The notes under the pieces: generated by a model
What the model saw: the letters and a program-made list of their open reading frames with translations, nothing else
Databases searched by the model: none
Told to the model about the DNA's origin: nothing
Shown here: positions 11,481 through 20,453 of the stretch, in pieces
How positions within the stretch are numbered: position 1 is the first letter of the stretch
How the letters are laid out: every line of letters starts with the position of its first letter
Position numbers and translations under genes: made by a program
Source of the DNA: an uncultured delta proteobacterium
Lineage (GTDB): Bacteria > Desulfobacterota > Binatia > Binatales > Binataceae
Direction: 5' to 3'
Assembly (NCBI GenBank): GCA_963808235.1
Contig: CAWEEQ010000001.1
Location: forward strand, 1 to 64,000
Length of the DNA stretch: 64,000 bases

Positions 11481-12881
11481 CTACCGCGCAGGTTTTGGCG
11501 GAACGTAAGGGTCCGGAGTGCCCGGTGGAATAGGCGGCTCCTTCTTCAAGGACGCGAAATGTTCAGCTAGCGACTTGGTAATCGGGAAGCGAGCCCACAA
11601 GTCTTCAACTACGCGCGGATCGGTTGGATGTTCTTCCTTGGGATCGATCAGGAGATCGAAGAACAGCGGAGTACTGAAACTACTCACCGGCTCGCCGAAG
11701 CCTTTCGAAAACGTCTTCATCATCATTTTCCAGTCGCGCCACTTGACGCCGAAAAGATCGTTGCCGACATAGATGATGACCGAATCTCTGTTCGAGCGTG
11801 GCTGCGTTCCGGTGAGAAAGTCGAGTTGGTCGACGCCGTCGATGATGCGGTCGTCGGGCACCTTGCCCCCGGCTATTCGGGCGAGCGTGGGAAAGAGATC
11901 CATTTCATGGATAATTTCGTTGCTGACGCTTCCGGGTGGAATGTGGCCCGGCCAGCGCATGAGCAACGGTACTCGGAGTGAGCCCTCCATGGCCGTGAAG
12001 TAGGTGCCCCGCCACGGCCCGCTGAAGCCGTAGTATGGTTCGAACATTTCGGGACCGTTGTCTGAGGTGAAGATGAAAATCGTGTTGTCACGCACGCCCA
12101 TCTGGTCGATGGCGTCGAGGAGACGACCCGCGTAGTCGTCCATCTGTACAAGCACGTCAGCGAAGTCGCCGTTTCCGGTTTTACCCTGGAACGGAGCCTC
12201 CGGCAGAGTCGGAAAATGAAGTTGGGTGTAGGGAATGTAGGCGAAGAAGGGATTTTGGGCAGTGACACTGCGCTGCATGAAGTCGATGGCATGCTCCGTC
12301 AGCTCCCGGTCGATCGTTCTCCGCTCATTCAGATCGTAGACCTTTACGTTTTTGGGTGTTTCTCCTTTACGTGCTTCCATCACGTACTCAAATTTCGCCA
12401 GAGGACTCGAGTCGGAGCGGAAGCGCGAACTCTGCGGCCAAAACGACTCGTCTGATGAATTCGGTATGCCGTACCATTCGTCGAATCCCCGGTCGGTTGG
12501 AAAGCGCCCCGGTGTGTCGCCGAGATGCCATTTGCCGAATGCACCCGTGGCGTAGCCGGTCTGGGACAGCATTTCCGAGAGCGTGACTTCCCATCGGGTC
12601 AAACCGTAATTCTCGGCGAATAGCGGCACCGTGCCGTTGCCGGTGCGCACCGCATATCGTCCCGTCATCAGGGCCGCGCGGCTGGGTGTGCACTGGGCCT
12701 CGACGTTGAAATTGAGCGCGCGAAATCCTTCGGCTGCCAGTCTATCGAGCCGGGGCGTCGGAGCGCCTCGCAGGATGCCGCCTCCATAAACGCCGAGTTC
12801 GCCCCAACCAAGATTATCCATCAGCACCAAAACGATGTTGGGTTTGGCGCCCTGTTCTGAATTCATTTTCCTTGCCTCCAA
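11481..12881 (-). CDS. Arylsulfatase (formylglycine-dependent)
   Basis: KPNIVLVLMDNLG, CTPSRAALMTGRY, GKWHLG, SDNG motifs. Confidence 0.93.
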   Translation of the reverse strand: MEARKMNSEQGAKPNIVLVLMDNLGWGELGVYGGGILRGAPTPRLDRLAAEGFRALNFNVEAQCTPSRAALMTGRYAVRTGNGTVPLFAENYGLTRWEVTLSEMLSQTGYATGAFGKWHLGDTPGRFPTDRGFDEWYGIPNSSDESFWPQSSRFRSDSSPLAKFEYVMEARKGETPKNVKVYDLNERRTIDRELTEHAIDFMQRSVTAQNPFFAYIPYTQLHFPTLPEAPFQGKTGNGDFADVLVQMDDYAGRLLDAIDQMGVRDNTIFIFTSDNGPEMFEPYYGFSGPWRGTYFTAMEGSLRVPLLMRWPGHIPPGSVSNEIIHEMDLFPTLARIAGGKVPDDRIIDGVDQLDFLTGTQPRSNRDSVIIYVGNDLFGVKWRDWKMMMKTFSKGFGEPVSSFSTPLFFDLLIDPKEEHPTDPRVVEDLWARFPITKSLAEHFASLKKEPPIPPGTPDPYVPPKPAR

Positions 12882-12889
12882 GCGCTCAC

Positions 12890-13783
12890 CTAGGGAATCT
12901 GCTCGCGGATGAACTTGCCGATGCCCTCGATCGCTTGCTGGGCCTCGGGCAGGACGCCGGCGTACGACTGAAAGCGATGAATCATTTCCGGCCAGACTTC
13001 GAGTTTGACCTGAACTCCGGCTGCGCGCGCGCGTTGCGCGAGGCGGGTCGAGTCGTCCAGCAGAACCTCGTGATCGCCAACCTGGATCAGCAGCGGTGGG
13101 AATCCCTTAGGATCGGCATAAAGCGGAGAGGCCAGCGGGGTGCGCGGATTCTTGCCGGCCAGGTAAGCGTTCCCCAGCAGTCCGACGCCGTCGGGCGTGA
13201 AAATCGGATCGACGTCCTTGCGTGTCTTCATCGACTCGCCCGTGAACTCCAAATCGATCATCGGCGAAAGGCAGACCGCCGCCGCAGGCATCGCGAGTCC
13301 GGCGTCGCGGCCCGCAACCAGTATCGCGAGCGTCAATGCGGCGCCTGCAGAATCTCCCGCTATGGCAATGCGCGATGGAGGCAGTCCCTGTGCGAGCAAG
13401 AACCGATAGCCCGCGACGGAGTCGTCCACCGCGGCCGGAAACGGATGCTCGGGTGCAAGGCGATAGTCCAATCCCAGCACGCGGGCCTGCGCGGCGCGCG
13501 AGATGCGGCCCATCAGATTGCGATGGGTATTCAGGGAGCCCATTACATAGCCGCCGCCATGTAAGTAGAGCACGACGCGATCGGCGGCAGCGCCCGGCGC
13601 GTTGATCCATTCCGCCTTGACTCCATTGGCAAGAACGGGCTCGCATTTGATATCGGGTTCCGCCGGCCGCGCCATCTGTTCGTTGAGCGCGCGCATCTCC
13701 GCAATGCTTCCGGCCTTACTGATCAGGGCTTTTATCGTGTCGATTACCTGCTGCAACTGTGGACTCGCCATCGTCAGAAACAC
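12890..13783 (-). CDS. HSL-family alpha/beta hydrolase (esterase)
   Basis: HGGGY, DYRLAPEHPFPA, GDSAG motifs. Confidence 0.92.
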   Translation of the reverse strand: MFLTMASPQLQQVIDTIKALISKAGSIAEMRALNEQMARPAEPDIKCEPVLANGVKAEWINAPGAAADRVVLYLHGGGYVMGSLNTHRNLMGRISRAAQARVLGLDYRLAPEHPFPAAVDDSVAGYRFLLAQGLPPSRIAIAGDSAGAALTLAILVAGRDAGLAMPAAAVCLSPMIDLEFTGESMKTRKDVDPIFTPDGVGLLGNAYLAGKNPRTPLASPLYADPKGFPPLLIQVGDHEVLLDDSTRLAQRARAAGVQVKLEVWPEMIHRFQSYAGVLPEAQQAIEGIGKFIREQIP

Positions 13784-13843
13784 TCCTTAGTGGGTAAAGC
13801 ACGCCGACCAGCGCGCGTTTTTCGAAACTAGCCCGAGTTATCC

Positions 13844-15112
13844 TCAGGCGCAAATATTTTGGCTGGTGCTTGAAAGTTTGACAGCCGTGTCTCGCCCACG
13901 ATCGATCGTCACGTTGAGGATCTCGCTTGAGCGCGCCATCGGCGGATCGCAGTACGGCGCCAACTGATCGAAGAAGCTGTCCGGCTCGATTACCGCCTCG
14001 GGCGCGAACACTCCAGGTGTGGCGAGGCGTCCTTCCAGCAATTGCCGTAACCCGAGCGCCAGCGGCACGCCCGTCGACTTCGCCATTCCTCTCGGAACAG
14101 TGCTGACCGATACGCCGACGCGCGCCGCCTTCCCGTCCTTGGTTCCAGCGGCGAACGCGAAGAACGGAGGCAAATCGCCATGACCTTTGAGGCCCAACGA
14201 CTTTACTACCGCCTTGAGGGTTCGTAGCGCGCCTGGGGCAATCATGATCGCCGCTGCCTGCTCGTTCGTGAGGGTCTTTTGATCCAGCGCCGCGTTGAGA
14301 TCCTTTAGAAGGGAAAGCGCTTGAGTCGTAAGGATCATCAAGCATGCGCTCCGTCCATGAATCCCTAATGTCTCGCACATCGTCAGCGGCTCGGGATGAC
14401 CTACGGTGTAGGCCGTGCCGCGCCCGCGGCCGGGATAATCAATCTCCACCGCATCAAGCGGCGGTCGATTAACGAGTCGTCCGCCCTCGACTACGCGAAT
14501 TACCCCGGAGATCTGCTGCATCAAATGACTGACTGCCGCGCTCGGCTTTCCGTTTTGATCGACCAATGACTCTTTATCTTCGCTAATCGAAACGCCGCCG
14601 ATCGGTACGTCCAACGGCCACGCGGTGTACAGGTCGGTGACTTCGTCGAGCTCGCGCGCAGCCACTTTGGCGAGCAGGTTCGACACGCCTGGGCTCGCTC
14701 CCATGCCAATGACGGCTACAACTCCGGCGTCGGATGCGTTCTGATGCTCGCGCATCATCTCCAGCGTCGGTTCCCAGTCGTCGCAGATATCCAGATAGTG
14801 CGTACGCGCTTCGATCGCTGCACGCAGAATTGGAACTCCGAACTTATGGAATGGCCCGGTTGTGTTGAGCACCGCGCCCGCTTCGCTCAGCAGTCGCCGC
14901 AGCGCAATGCTGTCGGTAACGTCGATCCGTTCGGCGTGTATCCTGACCCTGGCCGACGAGGCCGTTTCCGCGGCGATCTTTTCCGCAGCCGCGAGATCGC
15001 GATCGCCGATGATAACTTCGCGTATGCCATCAAGTGATGCCGCAGTCCGCACCGCGACGCGGCCCATGTTTCCGGCACCGCCCAGCACCACGATTCGTTC
15101 GAGTGGTTTCAT
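13844..15112 (-). CDS. Saccharopine dehydrogenase-like NAD(P)-dependent oxidoreductase
   Basis: VLGGAGNMG Rossmann motif, NTTGPF, YLDICDD, GMGASPG, HPEP. Confidence 0.88.
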   Translation of the reverse strand: MKPLERIVVLGGAGNMGRVAVRTAASLDGIREVIIGDRDLAAAEKIAAETASSARVRIHAERIDVTDSIALRRLLSEAGAVLNTTGPFHKFGVPILRAAIEARTHYLDICDDWEPTLEMMREHQNASDAGVVAVIGMGASPGVSNLLAKVAARELDEVTDLYTAWPLDVPIGGVSISEDKESLVDQNGKPSAAVSHLMQQISGVIRVVEGGRLVNRPPLDAVEIDYPGRGRGTAYTVGHPEPLTMCETLGIHGRSACLMILTTQALSLLKDLNAALDQKTLTNEQAAAIMIAPGALRTLKAVVKSLGLKGHGDLPPFFAFAAGTKDGKAARVGVSVSTVPRGMAKSTGVPLALGLRQLLEGRLATPGVFAPEAVIEPDSFFDQLAPYCDPPMARSSEILNVTIDRGRDTAVKLSSTSQNICA

Positions 15113-15228
15113 AATAGATATCGCAACCCCAAGAGTTGAACAGTAGTCAAGTTTATAGCAAAGCGAGCTCGTTATGACAAGCCCGATCTTGAACATCCGT
15201 CAAGTTTGGATATACTCTTCTCAAACCT

Positions 15229-15915
15229 ATGCCGAAGATTCCGAAGAAAAGCCATGAACGGACGGTACCGTCGGCGGAACGCGCCATTCCTAAGCAGGAG
15301 CGGTCCCGAGGGCGGGTCGCCACGATTCTCGCGGTGACCGCCAGACTCCTTGCCAAATCCGGCTTCGATGCGTTGAATACACGTCAGATTGCGGCCGCCG
15401 CCAAGCTGACCCCAGGCCTCCTCTATCACTACTTTCCGAATAAAGGGGCCATCGTGATGCGACTGGCCGAACAGAATGTTCAGCCGCTGCGCCAAGAACT
15501 CGCGCAAATGCTCAATGAAGCAACGGCGACATCGTGGAGAGAAGCGATCCGTCGGTTGATCGGCAAGCTCACCGCAGCCTACAGGGCAGAGCCGGCCGCA
15601 ACGGCAATCCTGCAGGCGCTGCAGAGCGATCCGGAGCTCAGGCGATTAAACGTGGAGATGAACGATCAGTTCGCTCGAATGATCGCAAAATTCTTGCGCG
15701 CAGCAGGAGCCCGCCTCGATTCGAGAACTCTGCTTCGCGCGGCTCATCTTGTCGTCTTGGTTTGCGACGCCGTAGCTCCTGACCTTGTCGCCGCGAGTCC
15801 CCGGGAGGCTGAGAAACTGTCGGCAGAAATTTCCACGCTGTTGATCGCTTATCTCGGAATGATGTTGCAAGAACCTGCCAGGGGAACGGACGTTCCCGTC
15901 TTTCGGCAACGCTGA
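15229..15915 (+). CDS. TetR/AcrR family regulator
   Basis: PKQERS..., IAAAAKLTPGLLYHYFPNK HTH; divergent from the oxidoreductase-hydrolase-sulfatase operon. Confidence 0.9.
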   Translation: MPKIPKKSHERTVPSAERAIPKQERSRGRVATILAVTARLLAKSGFDALNTRQIAAAAKLTPGLLYHYFPNKGAIVMRLAEQNVQPLRQELAQMLNEATATSWREAIRRLIGKLTAAYRAEPAATAILQALQSDPELRRLNVEMNDQFARMIAKFLRAAGARLDSRTLLRAAHLVVLVCDAVAPDLVAASPREAEKLSAEISTLLIAYLGMMLQEPARGTDVPVFRQR

Positions 15916-15922
15916 TTCCGAG

Positions 15923-16114
15923 ATGAAGGCACGCGCTACCGCTTGCGCACGTTGCGGGAATCCCGGCCAGCCGCGCCAACTAAACGACCTTCTGCGATTC
16001 GATCGGAAAGAGCCTATGGTAGTGCTCTGCGTTGGGTGCATCCGCTCGCTGAGATACGCGGATGCCAAGACGTGGATATGGTTTCGGAGATATCGCGACC
16101 GATTGAAACGGTAA
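15923..16114 (+). CDS. Small CxxC...CxxC protein (putative zinc ribbon)
   Basis: 63 aa, CARC and CVGC. Confidence 0.5.
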   Translation: MKARATACARCGNPGQPRQLNDLLRFDRKEPMVVLCVGCIRSLRYADAKTWIWFRRYRDRLKR

Positions 16115-16170
16115 TTGCAAGAACACGCTGGTGATGGTCGCACGCAGGTCGCATCGTTATCCTTGGCTCA

Positions 16171-16374
16171 GTGAAGACGAGTAAGATCCTCTCCGTTGCG
16201 CCGATCTTCAACAGTGATCCGGCCAGCGTCTATATCGAGCTTTCCTGTTCGCTCTGCGATGAAGTCGATACTCTGGTAGTGAACCAGCCCGAACGAGCGG
16301 GTGACATTTCGTGGCTACGCCGGAATGACTTCTATTTCGTTTGCGGTCGTCACCGCAAATGGGAATCTAACTAA
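16171..16374 (+). CDS. Small CxxC...CxxH protein
   Basis: 67 aa, CSLC and CGRH. Confidence 0.45.
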   Translation: MKTSKILSVAPIFNSDPASVYIELSCSLCDEVDTLVVNQPERAGDISWLRRNDFYFVCGRHRKWESN

Positions 16375-16461
16375 AAAGGCACGCTCGGCTCACCGTCAGT
16401 TGGTGCATGTTTACCGAGCGGGCCACCGGCTCCAGTAGGGGGGAGAGCCCAGAGCCAATTC

Positions 16462-16746
16462 TTATTTGGCGTGATGATCAGTAAGTCTGTTGCGAACTTC
16501 CGTGTCGAAAGCCATCGGTGCGCCCGGACACATCTCTCCCAGCCATTGCGTACTGATGTGATCCGGAAGTCTCCGAAAGCTAAATACTGAGACGTAAACC
16601 GCCCATCGTTCCCCAGACAGGGACTCAACAAAATCACGTCCACAACGGGAGCAGTGATGTTGGCGAAGTGGTTTGTCGGGCTCGATCTCTACCTGGCGGG
16701 GTTTCGGACTAGACCACTCGTGGCTGTTCCATGCGTCGCGGCTCAT
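16462..16746 (-). CDS. Small H...HHCxxC...C protein
   Basis: 94 aa, HEW...HHCSRCG...CPG; AGGA RBS upstream. Confidence 0.55.
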   Translation of the reverse strand: MSRDAWNSHEWSSPKPRQVEIEPDKPLRQHHCSRCGRDFVESLSGERWAVYVSVFSFRRLPDHISTQWLGEMCPGAPMAFDTEVRNRLTDHHAK

Positions 16747-16904
16747 GGGGAAGTAATCCTCCTAGTTGCGGCTTTGGCGACGTGATATACGAGACTTTTA
16801 AATACTGCGGGGGTAATTTTAGGGCAAGAGGAATGACAGAATCACAAATTTGTTCTAGAAAGAAGAAATTAGTCTCCCAATTTTAATCCTTTAGGGGTAT
16901 CGAC

Positions 16905-17141
16905 ATGATACCGGATTTCAAAGGCCATCATTTCGTTGAAGATTCCAAGCCCGGTGAACCGCCGTCCTCGCATCACTGCGACCGATGCGGATTGAAAGCG
17001 TCAATGAGGCGAGACGGCTCGGTATACTTCGACATTGAACGGACTGGCGTATTTCTCAGAACCAGCAACAGCGCGCCCTTCAACACCTCACGCATACCGC
17101 CCTGCAAAGAGTGGTCCGTGGTCCGCCCTCGTCCCGCCTAG
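16905..17141 (+). CDS. Small H...HHCxxC...C protein
   Basis: 78 aa, HHF...HHCDRCG...PPC; AGGGG RBS upstream. Confidence 0.55.
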   Translation: MIPDFKGHHFVEDSKPGEPPSSHHCDRCGLKASMRRDGSVYFDIERTGVFLRTSNSAPFNTSRIPPCKEWSVVRPRPA

Positions 17142-17296
17142 TCAGCACTGGTCCGCGATCCCAGTTTATCCCATGTTAATCCCGCTTCATCCCCGCCTTT
17201 TTGTGCAGGGGAAGACCCTCACGATAGAGTGGCTGATGCCCGATGGGGGGCAAGAGCTCGACGAACTAGATCCAATTTTTATCGTCCACCAGCGAT

Positions 17297-18172
17297 TCAG
17301 GTGTCAGTCCAGCGCGGCAGGTGCGTCGAGAAGGGTGCGCCCGACAGTGCCGCCCGGAGCTCGCTGACGAATTCTCGCGCTGCTTGTCGCCCGTTGGGGA
17401 ATTGGTCGTTTCGATCCCAGCGCCATGCTGCGAGCATCGCAAGCATCAGGACCCGGCATTCGTGGAGCAGTTGTTGATCGGTGCTCCGGTAGAGCACGCT
17501 CACCTCTTCGGGCACGTAGGCGAGATCGAACTCGACGGGCCCGCGGCAACAGGTTTCGAGGTCTATGAACCGCAGGCCCTTCTTCGTCCTGAGCACGTTG
17601 CCCGGGTGTGGCTCGCCGTGCAGGAGTTGTTCGGGGCGCCCGCGGGCGCTGATCGCTTGCCGCAGACTTCGTAACGTGTTGCTGAGAAGCTCACGGTCCG
17701 CGTCAACGAGCTCTGGAGTCTGGTCGCGGCTTCCGATAAGCCGTTGGGCGTCGGTGATTCGATCCGTAAAGTGCGGTGTAGGGAAGTCGATCTGCCGCAT
17801 GCAGTCATGCAGCCGTTCGAGCGCGTGCGCGTAGTCGGCTGGCGCGAACTCTCGGGACGGCACAGGTTCGTAGTAGGTCCACAGCGTGACCACAAAGCCG
17901 TCACGCAAGTAGACGCCCGGCGCGACCCGAGGCTCAAGCGCTGTTACGGGGCTCCCGGTATCCGCGAGCCGTAAAGCAAGCTCGACTTCGAACTCCGCCC
18001 AGCGCTTGATGCGCTCCTCCGCGACCCGAGCAAGAACGTCGCACGGCAGCACGCGCACAGCGAACTTGTTCGACTCCTGGAGCACGATCGCATCATCGAC
18101 TGTTAGGCCAAGCGCTGCCGCAGCGCCCATCGCCGCGGCGACCGCACGGTTACGATTACTCGTCGTCGACAA
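17297..18172 (-). CDS. Aminoglycoside phosphotransferase/kinase-like (APH) family protein
   Basis: LLHGEPHPGNV and FIDLE kinase motifs; RAVAAAM...SNK N-terminus; start uncertain (TTG 18172). Confidence 0.85.
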   Translation of the reverse strand: MSTTSNRNRAVAAAMGAAAALGLTVDDAIVLQESNKFAVRVLPCDVLARVAEERIKRWAEFEVELALRLADTGSPVTALEPRVAPGVYLRDGFVVTLWTYYEPVPSREFAPADYAHALERLHDCMRQIDFPTPHFTDRITDAQRLIGSRDQTPELVDADRELLSNTLRSLRQAISARGRPEQLLHGEPHPGNVLRTKKGLRFIDLETCCRGPVEFDLAYVPEEVSVLYRSTDQQLLHECRVLMLAMLAAWRWDRNDQFPNGRQAAREFVSELRAALSGAPFSTHLPRWTDT

Positions 18173-18178
18173 GGCTTT
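18138..18178. repeat. 41-bp motif, third copy (others at 19101-19141 and 10753-10793)
   Basis: GCGACCGCACGGTTACGATTACTCGTCGTCGACAAGGCTTT; 39/41 identical to the 19101 copy. Confidence 0.9.
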
Positions 18179-18244
18179 TCTGCACGGCTCCGGGGGTCCT
18201 TCTAACCGGGGAGCTTCGCGATGGCAGTTCAAAAGCGGGCGGTG

Positions 18245-19030
18245 TCATGACTTCGGAATTCTGTGAGCGCGCTTGAGCCGTGAGGCGAGGTGGTCCAAAT
18301 CGCCATAGATACTGAATTCGTCGACCCCCAAGAGAATCAGCTCATGTAGTAGAGTGTTTTTTGCGCCCGACGGAATAGTGTATTTCTTCAACGACTTGTT
18401 GTGGGCGGGAGTGAGCTCTTCCCTACCGGGCACGTGAAACGTGAAGCAGCTTCGCTGAAGCACAATTCTCAAGTCCGAGTAGTCGGGCCGTAACGCCATT
18501 ATGAAGTCGGGGAACTGAGACTGGGGTTTGGGTGCCCAAGCACAGATCGCGTTCAAGGCCTTCTGAAACGCTGGATGACGCATCGTTACAACGCCTTGGT
18601 AATGCTTGTCTTTCGTGTTCTGCGTGACTGCGAGCTGATATGCGTCCATGAAAAAGAGAGCACCATCGACCTTTTCGCGTTCCGAGCAGGCGACGAACAA
18701 TGCCGCTAACGGATTGGTCGTCCAATCCAGCAGTCTGGTCGGCAGTCCGTAATGTTGTTCAAGAAAATAGAGCTTGTCGTGCTGGTGGCTTCCTTCGATG
18801 AGGCCAGCCGATTCTACTCGAAAATCCTGAGCCAAGTGGTTTTCGAGTAGAATTCTTTCCCACTCCTCCTTCGCCGGAAAATTTGGCCGATAGACGCCTG
18901 GATGGAGCTCCCAGTCCTTGTTCGCTTGACCGCGCCACCACCATCGGACGTGCGGATGAATATCTCCTTTCTTAATTCCGCGAACGAGTCCGATCAGGTC
19001 GTCGAGACTCTCGATTTTATCTTTGGCCAT
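18245..19030 (-). CDS. FRG domain-containing protein
   Basis: WWRGQ, QHYGLPTRLLDWT.NPLAALFVAC, RIVLQRSCF motifs; more AT-rich than flanks. Confidence 0.9.
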   Translation of the reverse strand: MAKDKIESLDDLIGLVRGIKKGDIHPHVRWWWRGQANKDWELHPGVYRPNFPAKEEWERILLENHLAQDFRVESAGLIEGSHQHDKLYFLEQHYGLPTRLLDWTTNPLAALFVACSEREKVDGALFFMDAYQLAVTQNTKDKHYQGVVTMRHPAFQKALNAICAWAPKPQSQFPDFIMALRPDYSDLRIVLQRSCFTFHVPGREELTPAHNKSLKKYTIPSGAKNTLLHELILLGVDEFSIYGDLDHLASRLKRAHRIPKS

Positions 19031-19100
19031 TTGTCGTCCCGTTGCGCTTACCTGAGGAACGTGCCGTCTGCAGCCCGCACTGCTTTAGCCGCGCGGGCGA

Positions 19101-19550
19101 GCGACCGCACGGTTACGGTTACTCGTCATCGACAAGGCTTTGAGGGTGAGAGAGGATCGCCAGAAATAGAAATACGTCCGGATTTTTGTTCGAGCCGAGC
19201 GCCGCCGTTCCTCGGCACGGGATTTTTCAATGCGCTGTCACTCAATTAACTACTTTTGATTGCGGATCGTGGTCAAGCGGCGCGCGACGCACCTCACGCC
19301 GACAGTAAGCCCATCAATTTATGTACGTCAAAGCGACCGCCTGCGGCCCCTGCCGAAGGGCCTCTGATATAGATGGCCACCGCGCGCGCCCGGAGCTTGC
19401 GAACTGGCCTAATAGGCCTTTAGGACCAATCGGATACCCTTCAAATAACCTCAAAACCGACACATAAAGTTACACACTTTCACATGTTGGAATATGGAAA
19501 ACCAATAATTTCGCATGATTAGAATCAAACTTAAGGGACTTAAAATCCTC
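19101..19550. repeat. Copy B of ~440-bp non-coding direct repeat ending in GGGACTTAAAATCCTC (tRNA-Leu anticodon arm)
   Basis: Aligns with 10753-11193; similarity drops right after the anticodon arm. Confidence 0.92.
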
Positions 19551-19566
19551 TGGAGTGCGCTTCTCG

Positions 19567-19602
19567 GCTTCAATGTGGCCGCGCTCACGTGAGCTCGGAA
19601 AC
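19567..19602 (-). CRISPR. Solitary type I-G (I-U)-like CRISPR repeat (no array, no cas genes in window)
   Basis: Minus strand reads GTTTCCGAGCTCACGTGAGCGCGGCCACATTGAAGC: 36 nt, GTTTC start, central palindrome, ATTGAAGC end. Confidence 0.7.
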
Positions 19603-19807
19603 GTACGCCTCGAGGGCGACAGCGAGCGCGAGAGACCCGCGAGCGATGAAGGTGCAACAAGCGGCTAGCATCGAGCGAGCGCGCCCGACGATAGTTCCTC
19701 CGATTGTCGCCCTTGACATGAATTACATAATTTCATAATTATTTCTTTACAGACATGTAGGCACACGTTGCTCAACAGGCGACGTTTTTTGCAGTCCGGG
19801 ATTTCCG

Positions 19808-20122
19808 ATGAAGAAAACATTTCAGGGTCCAACTTTCACTCTGCTGATCGTCAGCATGATCACCGCCCTCTTCCTGCAGGGCAGCCCGTGCTTTGCTGCG
19901 ACTAGTGCCGGCGCACTGCCATGGGACCAGACGCTGACCGCCTTGCGAGACATCATCGCCGGCCCTGTGGCTCACGCCGCGATCGTCCTGAACTTTGCCT
20001 GCTCGGCAATCCTGTACGCGCTGGGTAGCCGTCAATTCGCGGGTCGCCTATTGGTTGGCGGGTTTGCGAGTTGTGCGGCGCTCATCGCTGTGCGCTCCCT
20101 GACTTACCTCTTTCCATTCTGA
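19808..20122 (+). CDS. TrbC/VirB2-family pilin
   Basis: Long signal peptide then ALPWDQTL..L...IAGPVA and two hydrophobic helices. Confidence 0.75.
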   Translation: MKKTFQGPTFTLLIVSMITALFLQGSPCFAATSAGALPWDQTLTALRDIIAGPVAHAAIVLNFACSAILYALGSRQFAGRLLVGGFASCAALIAVRSLTYLFPF

Positions 20123-20157
20123 CGAATCATTTCAGAAGCCAATTTGTGGAGGCCACT

Positions 20158-20433
20158 ATGAAACTCGCACGCATCAGCAAGCCCCTTCGCTCCGTTCAGG
20201 TCCGCGTCATGCTCGCTGGCGACCTGAATGCAACCCTCGAACGTTACGCGCAATATTACGAGCACGTTCACGGCGAGTCGGTGGATACTCGATCGCTCAT
20301 CGCCGAGATCCTCCGCGCCTTCCTCGATGCCGACCGTGAGTTCCAGTCATGGTCGCGCTCAGGTGGCAACAATCAGCCGTCGCGCATCTCATCTCCGTCT
20401 TCATCCAACGGCAGCACCAAGGTCCAACCGTGA
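20158..20433 (+). CDS. DUF2274-like protein
   Basis: MKL...L..DL...LERYA.YY...HG....LI.EILRAFL.ADREF pattern; GGAGG RBS. Confidence 0.7.
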   Translation: MKLARISKPLRSVQVRVMLAGDLNATLERYAQYYEHVHGESVDTRSLIAEILRAFLDADREFQSWSRSGGNNQPSRISSPSSSNGSTKVQP

Positions 20434-20453
20434 CTTGCATCAATGGAAAGTCC

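Noticed and set aside
17297-18172. APH as a bona fide antibiotic-resistance gene
   Set aside because: HGEPHPGN variant of a broad small-molecule kinase family; substrate cannot be inferred from sequence.
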